Source: Spirochaetota bacterium (lineage in GTDB: Bacteria > Spirochaetota > UBA12135 > COTS27 > CBDBHE01). Taken from it: a stretch of 64,000 nt of DNA. Below the pieces are notes generated by a model. It saw only the letters and a program-made list of their open reading frames with translations, was not told the origin of the DNA and searched no databases. This document shows positions 10,819 to 22,600 of this stretch, piece after piece; position 1 is the stretch's first letter; each line of letters starts with the position of its first letter. A program made the translations under genes and the position numbers. The stretch spans positions 256,001 through 320,000 of the forward strand of contig CBDBHE010000007.1 in assembly GCA_965205605.1 (NCBI GenBank), read 5' to 3'.

Positions 10819-11842
10819 GTTTCACCGAGCTCTGCTTGTCAGCGAAAAGCTTCCTAACGTTTTTTCAAGAAAAATTGTTGAAAGAAAAACAACAGACCTT
10901 AAAGAAAACGAAGTTTTTATCAGAGTAAAGTATTCTTCTTTAAATTACAAAGATGCCCTTTCAATGAATGGGCATAAGGGAGTAAGCCCAACATACCCCC
11001 ATGTACCCGGCATTGATGCGGGGGGAATTGTTTTAAAAAGTAAGAGTAACTTGTGGCAAAAAGGCGATGAAGTGGTGGTGATCGGTAGAGGGCTAGGGAT
11101 GACTGTTGATGGTGGATTTTCTGAAATCATTTCAGTCCCTTCAACATGGGTCATGGGGCGTCCAAAAAACCTTCCTTTAAAAGAAACAATGATGTACGGA
11201 ACGGCCGGATTTACAGCCGCTTATGGGATTTGGTCCTTGTTAGAGGGGCTAAAAGCCAAAAAAAAACTTAAAGCTGATTTAGACATCGACACTGGCAAAG
11301 TTAATTTTTTAGTGACCGGAGCTAGTGGTGGTGTGGGCTCAGTGGCTTGTGCTCTCTTGAATCATCTCGGTTACTCCTTCACCGCTAGTACTCAAATAGG
11401 GGGCAAAGGGGAAACCTTTCTCAAAACCCTAGGCATCACCAACCTCATCGACCGCAAACAACTCAAGGCATCACACCCTAAAAAACTGCTAAGCCCTCTT
11501 TGGGACGGGGCACTCGATACCGTAGGAGGAGAAACCTTAAGCAATATTTTAAAAACAAGTAAAAACTTTGCAACGATTGCAAGCTGTGGGTTAGTAGGCT
11601 CTGCTCTTTTACAAACCTCTGTTTATCCATTTCTGTTAAGAGGGGTGCGTCTTGTGGGCATTAATTCAGCAGAGTGTCCGATGTCATTTAAAACATGGCT
11701 CCTAGACAAACTCTCCAAAGAATGGAAGCTGCCTAATTTACAAGCTTTACAAACCGAAATCTCCCTAAAGCAAGTCAAAGACATTCTCTCCCAAATGCTA
11801 AAAGGAAATACCACCGGCCGATATCTTTTAGTCCACCAGTGA
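10808..11842 (+). CDS. YhdH/AcuI-family quinone oxidoreductase (MDR)
   Basis: YSSLNYKD, GTAGFTA, VTGASGGVGS, PFLLRGV.L.GI.S. Confidence 0.92.
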   Translation: MLPKFHRALLVSEKLPNVFSRKIVERKTTDLKENEVFIRVKYSSLNYKDALSMNGHKGVSPTYPHVPGIDAGGIVLKSKSNLWQKGDEVVVIGRGLGMTVDGGFSEIISVPSTWVMGRPKNLPLKETMMYGTAGFTAAYGIWSLLEGLKAKKKLKADLDIDTGKVNFLVTGASGGVGSVACALLNHLGYSFTASTQIGGKGETFLKTLGITNLIDRKQLKASHPKKLLSPLWDGALDTVGGETLSNILKTSKNFATIASCGLVGSALLQTSVYPFLLRGVRLVGINSAECPMSFKTWLLDKLSKEWKLPNLQALQTEISLKQVKDILSQMLKGNTTGRYLLVHQ

Positions 11843-11858
11843 TCAAACTAAAGCTAAG

Positions 11859-12173
11859 CTATTTAATAACCACCACCGTTCTCATCCCTAAAATACCTGA
11901 TGTAAATAAATAAACAGCCCCATCCACAAAACTCGTATATGTTTTGATTTCATAATCCTCTGTTTTTTCTCCAGCTATTTTTGCGGTATTGACATGACCA
12001 CTAATAGTTTCCCAATAGTTAAATGGAACTAAATTAAACAAAAAATAAAATTGTTTACGTTCAATACGTTTATTTTCTTTTGCTCCAGAGCCTACCACAT
12101 GACGATGAGACGCACATGAAGTCATCAAAAAAATACTTAAGCACATCATCCATAAAAAAAATCTTTTTTTCAC
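11859..12173 (-). CDS. Bor-like small lipoprotein
   Basis: Lipobox MTSC, H.VG.G, QFYFLFNL, TSFVDG...TSGI..RTV. Confidence 0.65.
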   Translation of the reverse strand: MKKRFFLWMMCLSIFLMTSCASHRHVVGSGAKENKRIERKQFYFLFNLVPFNYWETISGHVNTAKIAGEKTEDYEIKTYTSFVDGAVYLFTSGILGMRTVVVIK

Positions 12174-12300
12174 CTACATTCTCCTTAAAAAAAAATGAAT
12201 TTTATTATAACATAACACCAATCAGAATAAAATTTAAAAAATAGTCTATGATAATAAGTAAGATTTTAACCTATGAAATCCCTTTAAATAAAAAAAAATC

Positions 12301-12831
12301 ATGTTAAACCCATTTGACCCTCTTTCAAAGATTTTAAAATTACTCAACTCTGACCAACGACCTTTTCAAATTGGCTTTGGGGTGGCTTTTGGAGCCATTT
12401 TAGCTTTAACCCCTTTTTTTTCACTTCACAACCTAATCGTGATCGCTTTAATTTTAATTTTTAACGTTAGCATTGCTTCTTCGTTTTTAGGGTTTGCTTT
12501 TTTAAGCCCCCTTAGTTTTGTTTTAAATCCTCTTAGTTTATCCATAGGCGAAATCCTCCTTTTAGCAAACAGTCATTTCATTGAGTTTTGGACTCATTTT
12601 CAATCAAAGGCAATCCTTCCTTTTTTTCGTTTTAACAACACCCTTGTTTTGGGGTCTCTTGTTTTATCCCTTGTCTTATTTTTCCCCACCGCTTTTGGGG
12701 TTAGTTTTTTAATCAAAAAATATCGTCATCATTGGAAAACAGCCTTTGTTAAAACCAAGCTTTATAAAACCTTAAATCAATCAAAAATCATCAGTTTCTT
12801 GATTAAAATCTATAAGTGGATCCCTAAATAA
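12301..12831 (+). CDS. TIGR03546-like membrane protein
   Basis: LNS...PFQI, FNNTLVLGS; paired with the next gene. Confidence 0.85.
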   Translation: MLNPFDPLSKILKLLNSDQRPFQIGFGVAFGAILALTPFFSLHNLIVIALILIFNVSIASSFLGFAFLSPLSFVLNPLSLSIGEILLLANSHFIEFWTHFQSKAILPFFRFNNTLVLGSLVLSLVLFFPTAFGVSFLIKKYRHHWKTAFVKTKLYKTLNQSKIISFLIKIYKWIPK

Positions 12832-12854
12832 GCTCTAAAATAAGCTCTAAAAAA

Positions 12855-14750
12855 ATGACAAATCAAAAAAAGAAAAAAATCTTTCCCATTAGATGGATCG
12901 GCCTCAGTCTTTTTCTAGTCTTATTTTTAACCATCGGCTTTTTTATAATGGTTTTAATCAACCCTCTTTTACGGACAAGTCTAAAGTTTGTCTTTCAAAA
13001 AATAAACAAAGCAGAAGTCAACATTAATTCTAGTCGCATTAGTTTTTTACAATCTTCGTTTAAAACAAAAGGACTACAGTGGACAAATGGGAAAAAACCT
13101 AAAAATAATTTGTTTTCCATCGATCAAATAAAGTTTCAATTTTCGCCTTCTTACCTCCTTAGACGAAGAGTTTACATCCAACAAATGCGTTTAGAAGGAC
13201 TGGTGATCGGTGACAAGCGCTCAAAAAAAGGATGGGTTAAAAAACAAAAAACACAAAAAAAATCTTCTTCCTCTTCCTCTTCTCCTAATAACTTGCTCAC
13301 TCGATCTTCTAAATTTACCAAAGAACAACAAAACCAACTTAGCAAAACCATCTCTAAGAAAGCTAAAACTATCAATGAAAAACAAAAAACCTACGAAACC
13401 ATCATCACTCAAACCAATCTTTACTGGCAAAATCACTTAAAACAAGTCCAAGACTTTTCTAAAATAGAAGACAAAATAAATACCCTTAAAAAAATCAAAA
13501 CCAGTGATTATCGATCATTAAAAGATTTAGGAAAATTAAAAAAAGATATCGATGAAGCCAAACAACTTAGAAGCACCCTCAAAGATAAAACCAAGCAAAT
13601 CAAACAAACTGAAAAAAAATTTAATAAAACCATCGCCTTTATCGATCAAGAGGCCAAAGCTTTAGAGGATTTTAAAGAAAATAACTTTAAAGAAGTCACT
13701 GATTTATTTGATCTTTCAGAAGCTTTTGAAGCAAAAAATATCTCTCAAATCCTTTTTGGAGCCAATATTTCAAGTCTTTTTTTTCGCTACTATGGCAATT
13801 ATCTACGTTACAAATCTTACCTGCCACAAAGTAAAAAACCAAAAGATGCCAAAAAACAAACTAAAAAACTTCCAAAAAAACTCCTTAAAGGAAGAACCAT
13901 TGATTTTCGAAACATTACCGCTTACCCTGTTTTTTATGTAAACCAAATGGTTTTTTCTTCGGCAAACAAAAAAATAAACCCGTCCAAATCTACTCACGGC
14001 ACCCTTAATGCCTTGAGCTCTGACCTTTCTTTCAAACCCATGACCCTCGCCTTCACAAGCACTGACAAGCAAAAACACTTTGATTTAAAAGCTTCTTTCT
14101 ATACCCACAAAGAAAAAGGAAAACAAAATAACCTCTCCCTCTCTTATCAAAATATTCCCATTGCAAAAGACGCCCTAAATGAAACCGGGCAAAACTCTGT
14201 CATTAAAGAAATTGAAAATGGGACCTTAAATACTTTTGTTGAGTTTTCCGAAACCAAACAACTTTCTTCTGTAAAAGCGACCCTGTTTTTAAACAACCTC
14301 AAGCTATCTCTCCATCCCCAAGAAAATCCTTTCATCGAGCGTGCTTTTACAGATATTTTTAGCAATCTAAAAAAAACAACCTTTCAAATCCAAATGACCT
14401 TTAAAGTGAGTGAAAAAGGTGATATCACCGACTCTCATCTCACCTTAAAAAGTGATCTGGATCTATCTTTAAACCAAAAGTTTAAAGACTATTTTACCAA
14501 AAAAATTAACCAACAAAAAAAAAAATTACAAAAAATTTTTGATGAAAAATTAATCCAAAACACAGCCATTTCAAAACAACTCCTTGAAAAAGAAGTTGGC
14601 TCTCAAATCAAACAAATCAAACAGCAATCCCAAGACCTTAAAAAACAAATCGAAAAAAAAAAGAAAGATTTAGAAAAACAACTCAATAAAAAACTTAAAG
14701 AAAATCAAAAAAATCTTTTAAAACAAAAAATCAAACTCCCAAAATTTTAA
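12855..14750 (+). CDS. TIGR03545-like (AsmA-related) protein
   Basis: IRW N-anchor, A.V.I, KGRTIDF, SDLD, coiled-coil tail; canonical pairing with TIGR03546. Confidence 0.8.
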   Translation: MTNQKKKKIFPIRWIGLSLFLVLFLTIGFFIMVLINPLLRTSLKFVFQKINKAEVNINSSRISFLQSSFKTKGLQWTNGKKPKNNLFSIDQIKFQFSPSYLLRRRVYIQQMRLEGLVIGDKRSKKGWVKKQKTQKKSSSSSSSPNNLLTRSSKFTKEQQNQLSKTISKKAKTINEKQKTYETIITQTNLYWQNHLKQVQDFSKIEDKINTLKKIKTSDYRSLKDLGKLKKDIDEAKQLRSTLKDKTKQIKQTEKKFNKTIAFIDQEAKALEDFKENNFKEVTDLFDLSEAFEAKNISQILFGANISSLFFRYYGNYLRYKSYLPQSKKPKDAKKQTKKLPKKLLKGRTIDFRNITAYPVFYVNQMVFSSANKKINPSKSTHGTLNALSSDLSFKPMTLAFTSTDKQKHFDLKASFYTHKEKGKQNNLSLSYQNIPIAKDALNETGQNSVIKEIENGTLNTFVEFSETKQLSSVKATLFLNNLKLSLHPQENPFIERAFTDIFSNLKKTTFQIQMTFKVSEKGDITDSHLTLKSDLDLSLNQKFKDYFTKKINQQKKKLQKIFDEKLIQNTAISKQLLEKEVGSQIKQIKQQSQDLKKQIEKKKKDLEKQLNKKLKENQKNLLKQKIKLPKF

Positions 14751-15045
14751 AAAAATCCCCCTCTTGAGAAGTTTATCAAAAAAGAGAATGTAAAGAAATT
14801 TAAAATACGCAAAAAAATCTATCCCTATTAAAATCTATCCCTATTATCAAGCATTCATTTGTTGCCCAACAAGGTATTTTTGCCCTCACATTAATCACGT
14901 TAAATGGTTTTAAGCTTACTAATTTTCACCTCGTCTACTTGTAGTAATAAACAAACCCAAAAAATATAGATTCACTCACTAAAAACAATGCGTTTGATGG
15001 ACGTTACAAATTTATTTTCTATACAAAATTTTTTCTTTGCTATCA

Positions 15046-17382
15046 TTACCATTTGGATGTTTCATTAAGTTTTTTTAGCTCATCTGTTAGACGATATCCC
15101 TTTACTACTGTCGTACTAAACTTCTCATAAAAATCTTTTTTATATTTTTTATAAATAGCAACAGCCGTTTCACCTGTATTCTCAGTAGGCGTATGGGGTA
15201 AATTCAAATCTTTGTCTATCCATGCCAGCTCCCAATGGGCAAGTTTTTTATAAAAATCATTGACTCTAAAACCTTCCCGCTTATGCCTCATCTTCTTTGT
15301 TGGGTCTTCGTACCGCTGTTCTTTTTTTAAAGAACTTTCTAAGTGTTCAAAAAACAACCGCCACCTTTGTAAATAATAAGTCCCTATCAAACCAGACCAT
15401 TCTCTCCAAGAATAATCATATATTCCAGGGTCTTCTTCATTATCTTTTGCCCAAATTGTCACAATCGTCTTAGCATTTTTAATGTAAAGTTTTCTATCTT
15501 TCTCATTTTTAGCAAGGCTAGCAGCATCATTGATCCACTTACCCAATAAAAATTCTTTTCTTGTCGCAAGTAAAACATCGACATCTTTTAAAAGGATGAG
15601 GAATTTTTGACTTTTCTTTTTAAAGGTTTTCTTGTCTTTTTTCAAATAAGCCTCTACCACATCTTGATAATAAGCTTGTCCTAAATTAGACAAAGACTGC
15701 CGTAATAGATCAACAATATCATAACGATAAGGCTCTACCCCTTTTAATTTGTCATACTCACTGATAAGCAAATCTAAACCTTTTAATAAATTGCTAGACA
15801 AATAAGGGATTTTAAACCCTGCATTAGGCCCTGATTTTTTAACGATAAGAGCTGGCCTAGCAGCAATAATAGAGCTTCTAACACCATCTGTCCCCAGACT
15901 ATATGGGCCATAAAGCAAGTATTTTGCCCAAGCTTCTTTTGTTGCCATTGATTCCTTCCCATAACGACGATGTGCGTATTTTTTTAACCACCCCCCTACA
16001 TTGATTTCTGTAGACTTGTTATAAACCAGCTCAAAGAAAAGATCGTAATACACAGGGTTTTGTTCAATGGCTTCCATAAAAAGCCCCATGCCAGCATAGT
16101 TTTTAGGATATTGTTTCTTTGCTAAAGAAAATTTATTCTTACCAAGCTGCTTAAGGCTCCCATGTAAATTAATGCGACCCCCAAAATTATGCAATTGTCC
16201 CACGACAAACTTGTATCCCCAAAAGCCATGCTTCTTCCATTTTTTGCCGGCAAGGTCTACAATTAAAAGTCTTTTTTTACTAACCGCTTTTACAATATCT
16301 TCTCGTAAACTCCACGATTGCATCACCCAAATAGCTTTTTTATCAAAAGAGGTTAAAACTTTACTAATAGTTTTCCCTGTTTTATGTAAATATTTTTTGC
16401 CTTTTACTGGAGGCGATGATTCGTGAAAAGGATCCGCTGCATATAAGTGACTAGTCCCAAATAATTTTTTTTGTTCTTCAAGAAAAGTTTTTCCAATTTT
16501 TTTGAAGAATGGATCCGTGGGGTCTAATTGAGCTGTTGGAGCTAAATTACACCATCTTCTTTTTAATTTTATTCTTGCATCCGGGTATTTTTTTTTTAAA
16601 GCTTTAGGCACATGACCAGAAAATCCCTGTTGGATAGGCGTCATTCCTAGCTCTCTTTGCCTTGCTACAATTTGTTGGCCTAGTTTCACGCTAGAATCAA
16701 TCCAACCTTTAGGTAAAGGCCCCCCCTGGCCTTCTATATTAGCCATCCATTGCCAAGCAAAATAGGCCGGGCCTACTAGAAAATCTCTTGCTTCTTTATC
16801 ACTAAATTGGTATTTTCTCAGAGTATGATACCAAACTCCTTCTAAGCCTGTTATAAATAATGGGGCGTTAATACCGTTTAAAGCCATAAAGTCTATTTCT
16901 CTTTCCCAACGCTTCCAATCCCACCATGCCGCTGTGTAACTCATCGTGCAATAGTTAAAGTAGACGACATATTCATTTGGCTTGACAACCTTTATTTTTC
17001 TGGGAAAACTAGGAAGAGGTTTAGGTAAATTAAGCTGATCTCCCATCCACGAAAAATGGGCATGACAATATTTCTTTAAATAATAATTGAGGCCACTAGC
17101 GATACTAATGCCATTATCACCTTTCAATATCACCTCTACAAGTTTTCCTTTTTTAACAGTTTCTATCTCAAAACCACTGTGATTTTTTTTAGTAACTTCT
17201 ACACGAAAACTTTTTGCCTGATCTTCGCCTAAAACTCGCTCAATAAGTTTCATTGATGCCATTTCGATCGTTTTTTCTGATTTTTTTTGACCAAAACATT
17301 TTTCACCGTAAAATAATCCTGCTAAAAGAAATAAAGTAAAAAATAAAACTTTTTTTCTGTTTAATGAGTTATTTTTTTTCAT
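15046..17382 (-). CDS. Alpha-N-acetylglucosaminidase (GH89)
   Basis: NYCTMSY..WWDW.RWEREIDFMALNGIN, DPFHE, LHNFGG, MEAIEQNP, DYSWREWSGL. Confidence 0.96.
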   Translation of the reverse strand: MKKNNSLNRKKVLFFTLFLLAGLFYGEKCFGQKKSEKTIEMASMKLIERVLGEDQAKSFRVEVTKKNHSGFEIETVKKGKLVEVILKGDNGISIASGLNYYLKKYCHAHFSWMGDQLNLPKPLPSFPRKIKVVKPNEYVVYFNYCTMSYTAAWWDWKRWEREIDFMALNGINAPLFITGLEGVWYHTLRKYQFSDKEARDFLVGPAYFAWQWMANIEGQGGPLPKGWIDSSVKLGQQIVARQRELGMTPIQQGFSGHVPKALKKKYPDARIKLKRRWCNLAPTAQLDPTDPFFKKIGKTFLEEQKKLFGTSHLYAADPFHESSPPVKGKKYLHKTGKTISKVLTSFDKKAIWVMQSWSLREDIVKAVSKKRLLIVDLAGKKWKKHGFWGYKFVVGQLHNFGGRINLHGSLKQLGKNKFSLAKKQYPKNYAGMGLFMEAIEQNPVYYDLFFELVYNKSTEINVGGWLKKYAHRRYGKESMATKEAWAKYLLYGPYSLGTDGVRSSIIAARPALIVKKSGPNAGFKIPYLSSNLLKGLDLLISEYDKLKGVEPYRYDIVDLLRQSLSNLGQAYYQDVVEAYLKKDKKTFKKKSQKFLILLKDVDVLLATRKEFLLGKWINDAASLAKNEKDRKLYIKNAKTIVTIWAKDNEEDPGIYDYSWREWSGLIGTYYLQRWRLFFEHLESSLKKEQRYEDPTKKMRHKREGFRVNDFYKKLAHWELAWIDKDLNLPHTPTENTGETAVAIYKKYKKDFYEKFSTTVVKGYRLTDELKKLNETSKW

Positions 17383-17736
17383 CTAAAACCCCTGTAATTT
17401 AGTAAAAATAAAAATTGCTTTTTTTTATCTCTTGTACCTTACCATTAAGTAAAACTTTTTTCCCTAATAATAATTAAAACAAAGTTTCTTCTTTTTTTCT
17501 ATTCTTGTCAGTTTCATATTTTTTTAAAAGTGGGTGAGAACATTATATATTAGCTTTATCTATTATAATGCTTTTCCTAAGTGTTCTTTAAAAGATTAGA
17601 AAATCAGCTTTATCAATTAGAAATTTTTATCGATATATAGTATTATTATAAAAATTAGCTTTACCTTGGTATTAAGCTCGCTGGTGAAAGTTTCTTTTTT
17701 TTAAATGGATAATAAAATTTTAAAAGGATTGTTTTT

Positions 17737-19539
17737 ATGACTAAAATAACACGTGTTGGATTAGGGTTGTTTATCGTTTGTTTGGTGGTTTTACTAGTCT
17801 TTTTACTAGGAATAAGCAAAGAATCAAAAAAGAATAACAGGCCCAATATTGTCCTTATTTTTGCTGATGATATAGGATTTGAAGCCATTGAAAGCTTTGG
17901 AGGCACCGAGTACAAAACCCCCAATCTAACTAAACTCGCTTCACAAGGGGTCCAGTTTAATCGAGCTATTTCTAGCCCTATGTGCACGCCTTCACGTGTA
18001 AAAATCATGACGGGCAAATATAATTTTAGAAATTACATCGGCTTTTCAAAACTTGATAAAAAGGAAAAAACCTTTGCCAATAGCTTGAAGCGATACGGGT
18101 ATAAAACCGTAATTTCTGGAAAATGGCAGCTGGGAAACAAGGAGATTGATCTACCGAACTCTTTTGGATTTGATCAATATTTTTTAAGTGAATACAAAGC
18201 TTTTAAAGATTCAAATGATAGACCTATTGTTGTAAGCAGATACCATTCCCCATTGATCAATAGTAATGGAATGTATTATAAAGGTAAAAAAAAAGAATAT
18301 GGGCCTGATTTATTCTGTGATTTTATTTTAAATTTTATTGAAAAAAATCAAAAAGATCCGTTTTTTGTGTATTACCCTATGGTACTGACACACTGGCCAT
18401 TTGTACCTACCCCTAAAAGTAAGAACCCCACTAAGGCTTCTCATAAAGAAAATTTTGTAGATATGGTCGAATACATGGATTACAATGTGGGTCGGATTGT
18501 CAAAAGACTAGAAGAGCTTTCACTGATTGAAAATACAGTCATTCTGTTTACTGGCGATAATGGTAGTTATATCAGCTTAAGTAGTAAGCTAAAAAACAAC
18601 ACAATGATTCGAGGGGGCAAATCTTATCAGACAAGACCTGGCATTCATGTCCCCATGATTGCTAGTTGGAAGGGGAAGTTAAAAGATGGCATGCAAAATG
18701 ATGATTTAATTGATTTAATAGATTTTTTACCGACCTTAGAAGACATTGCTCAAATAAAAAAATCAAAGAGATTTTATACAGATGGCATTAGTTTTTTACC
18801 TCAAATATTGGGGGAAGCATTTGAAGGGCGAAAATGGATTTTTCAGTATTACAAGTCGGTCAACATGAGGCCTGATCTTTCAGGTGTTTTTGTCATGAAC
18901 AAAGAGTGGAAACTCTACGCTGATGGGAGATTATACAACATTAAAAACGATATGTTAGAAACGAAAATATTTTTTGCTTTTAATGACACTAAAGAATCTC
19001 TAAAAAACAGACAAGCCCTCAACCTTGTTTTTGAAGATTTGTATAAAAAAAATAAAACTCTTGAGAAAAAAGCCCTTAAGTTACAAAACAAAATGGGTCA
19101 AGTAATTGCTCACTGGGAATTTAATCAAATCAAAGTAGGAAAAAAAACAATCCTAAAATATAATGTCGAGGAGTGGATCCAAAACAAAAAAGAAGTGAAT
19201 TTTGGTATTTTTCATTATAAGGGAATGGGGGGAATAGAAGTCGATAAGATGGTTTTAAAAAAAGGAAACGTTGTTGTTTCACAAGATCTTCATCAAGGAA
19301 ATTCTTTTTATCGTTTAAGAGATTTGAGGGCTCCTCAAAAAGAGTCTTATCAGTATTTGAGGGATCATAACAATAACATCTTTACTTTAAAAGCAGACGA
19401 TGTTTTTCAGGGAAAAGGGTATACGTTAGAAATTTCTTTAAAAGGCATTCGTACAAAAGAAGATAAAAGACCAAAAAACGAGATTTATGCCGACACTATG
19501 GGTGAAATTAGAATCGTCACAGCAAAAAAAATCCCCTAA
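17737..19539 (+). CDS. Formylglycine-dependent (S1) sulfatase with extra C-terminal domain
   Basis: PNIVLIFADD, CTPSR...MTG, GKWQLG, GDNG. Confidence 0.95.
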   Translation: MTKITRVGLGLFIVCLVVLLVFLLGISKESKKNNRPNIVLIFADDIGFEAIESFGGTEYKTPNLTKLASQGVQFNRAISSPMCTPSRVKIMTGKYNFRNYIGFSKLDKKEKTFANSLKRYGYKTVISGKWQLGNKEIDLPNSFGFDQYFLSEYKAFKDSNDRPIVVSRYHSPLINSNGMYYKGKKKEYGPDLFCDFILNFIEKNQKDPFFVYYPMVLTHWPFVPTPKSKNPTKASHKENFVDMVEYMDYNVGRIVKRLEELSLIENTVILFTGDNGSYISLSSKLKNNTMIRGGKSYQTRPGIHVPMIASWKGKLKDGMQNDDLIDLIDFLPTLEDIAQIKKSKRFYTDGISFLPQILGEAFEGRKWIFQYYKSVNMRPDLSGVFVMNKEWKLYADGRLYNIKNDMLETKIFFAFNDTKESLKNRQALNLVFEDLYKKNKTLEKKALKLQNKMGQVIAHWEFNQIKVGKKTILKYNVEEWIQNKKEVNFGIFHYKGMGGIEVDKMVLKKGNVVVSQDLHQGNSFYRLRDLRAPQKESYQYLRDHNNNIFTLKADDVFQGKGYTLEISLKGIRTKEDKRPKNEIYADTMGEIRIVTAKKIP

Positions 19540-19662
19540 AAAAGATGGTTTGTTTTGACGATACCGATGGTATTGACAGCGGACACTTAAATGAGGAAAT
19601 TTTTTGAACCTTTTGAACCTTTAGTGGTTTTATTTTATTTTATTTCATCATAAATTTATAGG

Positions 19663-22600
19663 ATGAAAATAGCAAAAAACATACAGGCACTAAATGTAGT
19701 TTGTATTAAAAAAAAATGTCACATGACTCTGCGGTTTTTAATCATTGAGTTGTTTTTTTTAACAGCTTTTTTAACAGCACAACAACCCATTAGCCCCAAA
19801 GTCAGTCCCATGGAAAGCTTTGAAGATGGAGTGCCTCCCGATATAGAAGTGCTCCACGGAAAAATATCGATTACTAAAGACAAATTTAAACATTCTAATC
19901 ATTCTCTTAAGTGGGATTGGAAAGGAAACGATAAATTGATACTGAAAAGAGAAATCTATTATACCCCAAGACAAGTCATGAAAACAGTCCGTGTCAATGA
20001 TAAAAGATACAAACTGCTTGAGAAACCTCGTGGATTTTTTATGTGGATTTATAACTCTCACGCTAGCCCTCAACGTTTAAGATTTCAATTTGGTAAAGAC
20101 AGTAAGGTAGATTGTGAATTTGACTACAACATCAACTTTACTGGTTGGAGGACGGTTTATATCATTTATGATTTTGGTGATATGAGAGGAAGGGCACAAG
20201 AAAACATGAATCGTTTAACGATACTAGCTCCAAATATCGGAAAAGGGACTTTCTATATCGATATGCTAGGGACCTCTCTACCTATGAACGAACGTAATAA
20301 TGCTGCTAATGCTCAACTACCTAAAATTGATCACCATCCTAGGTTGGTCACTCAATATGCACAGCGACTCTTAGAATGGAGTTATTATCGACCCACTTTT
20401 CCTCTTAAAGCGGTTTCTCGTCAAGATAAAAAAGACTTTCGTTCCATGGAGGAAAAAGCAGATCGAATGTTATTAGGGATTAAAATCAAAAAAATAAGTG
20501 AAAAAAAATATTCACAAATCATCAATCGATTTAACTCTTTTAAGATTAAAAGAGCCAATGAAGAAACTGAAAACATTAAAAGGATTGATGGGATTTCTGT
20601 TGTCAAAGGTGGTTTAGCCGGGGAATATTTTAAAGGAGGTGTTTGGGATCATTCTAAGGGTTTTACTAATAAGATCAATTACGATAAAGCGTCTTTAACA
20701 AAAAATATCATTGGGCTTCGGCAATATGGTGATTTTTTAAACCAAATTGCTGTTAGTTATCGAATGATAGAAAATGCCCAACAAAAGAAGACACTGGCTT
20801 CAATCTACATTGATATGTGGAAGCATATGATAGAACAAGGATTTGATGTAGGCACTCGACTAGGATGGGCTCATCACTATCCTTACGTCATTCGTGGTAT
20901 CTACAGATCTACCTTTCTCATGCGCGATGTTCTTTGGCAAGATAATTTCATGGAAACCATCATCCCTATTATGAAATGGAATTATGGTTTTGGTCGCGTC
21001 TACAATGAAGAAGTCGTCTATGGGGTAAAAGGGAGAAAATCTGTTGATGCTGACACAGCGATGATCACACCCTCTAGACTTTTAACTGCGTTATTACAAA
21101 AAGATACTCCTGAAAAAAAAAGAGATTTAAAACACTTTACATCATATATAAGTCATATCAATCTAGCCTATGCCAATGGTCTAGATGAAACTTTTAAAGC
21201 AGACGGATCTTTCTTTCACCATGCTCATATGGCAATGGGATATGGTGGTAGGGCTATCGAAGGTTCTGCTAAAGTCATTGATATACTGGCAAACACACAG
21301 TATAAGATCACAAAACCTGCTTTAGATAGATTTAAAAAAGCCTTGAAAACATGGACGATGATGTGGTCCTATGGCTTAAATGGAAGGACCTCTAAGACAG
21401 AAGACGATACTCGTTTTGATACCAAAACATTACCCAGAAACCAAGTCTATCAATTGGCAACAATCGCCTTAGCCGATAAGAAATCGATTGATAAAGAATT
21501 GGCTGGTATCTTTCTTAATCAAATCAGTCGATATGATAAGCCAACCGACATGGAAAAGTATTATGTTGATTTATTAAAACGCAAAGGATATACAAATCTG
21601 ATGGCTTACCATAAAGCAAGGGTGCTCCCTTACGGGGCTAGGTTTGTGAAAAAAAATGGGAACCAGTGGTCTCTTCATATTCGCACTCACAGTAAATATA
21701 CTTACCCCTTTGAAAGCTGGACCCCAGATCGTTTTTCTTTTCCTTTATATATAGCTAATGGTTATATGGAAGTTGCTTATAAACATGATAGTGACAGCAT
21801 AAATAGAAATCTAGTTTCTGTTCAATCCCGTAGAACTGCTCCATGGGGAGAAGGTTACCACTGGAGAAACTGGCCAGGAACGACTACCGTAAAGTTGCCA
21901 TACCATAAAATGGTTACTACTCCTATTGAGGTTCGTTCAGAAGGAGGAGAGTATTTATTTTCTGATAAAGCCTTTGTTGGAGGGGTCGAAACTCCATGGA
22001 ATGATGGCCTTTATACATTTGATTTTAGAGGGCATCATAAATATGGCCTCGAATCTTTTACGGGTAAAAAAAGTTGGTTTATCTTTAATGACCTAGTCAT
22101 CTGTTTAGGGTCTGATATCACATCAAAAACAAGTGAGGCAGTGGAAACAACTCTAGCACAAACTAGATTGCTCTCAAGTAAAGAAAAAATATACATCAAC
22201 AGTGATACTCCTAGTACTGATTTTCCCATTTATATCAAAGATCTTGAAAACAACAGTTTCTTCATCGATCCTAGAGGAACAGGCTATTACATTCCTTCGG
22301 GCAAAGGTATTTCTCTTAGAAAATCCATTCAAAACACCCCTAATTTTGTTAACAAAACAAACGCCGAAGGGACTTTCTTAACGGTCATCAAACATCACGG
22401 TATCACCCCTAAAAAAGCCTCTTATCACTATGCCATGCAAATAGACACCGACTCTCATAAAATGAATCAATTTGCAACTGCCATGCTTTCACCTAAACCA
22501 ATTTATAGTGTTTTACAAAATGATGAGAAAGCACATATTGTTAAATACCACCCATCTAATATCACTAGTTACGTTATCTTTAATAAAAATGGCATCTCTT

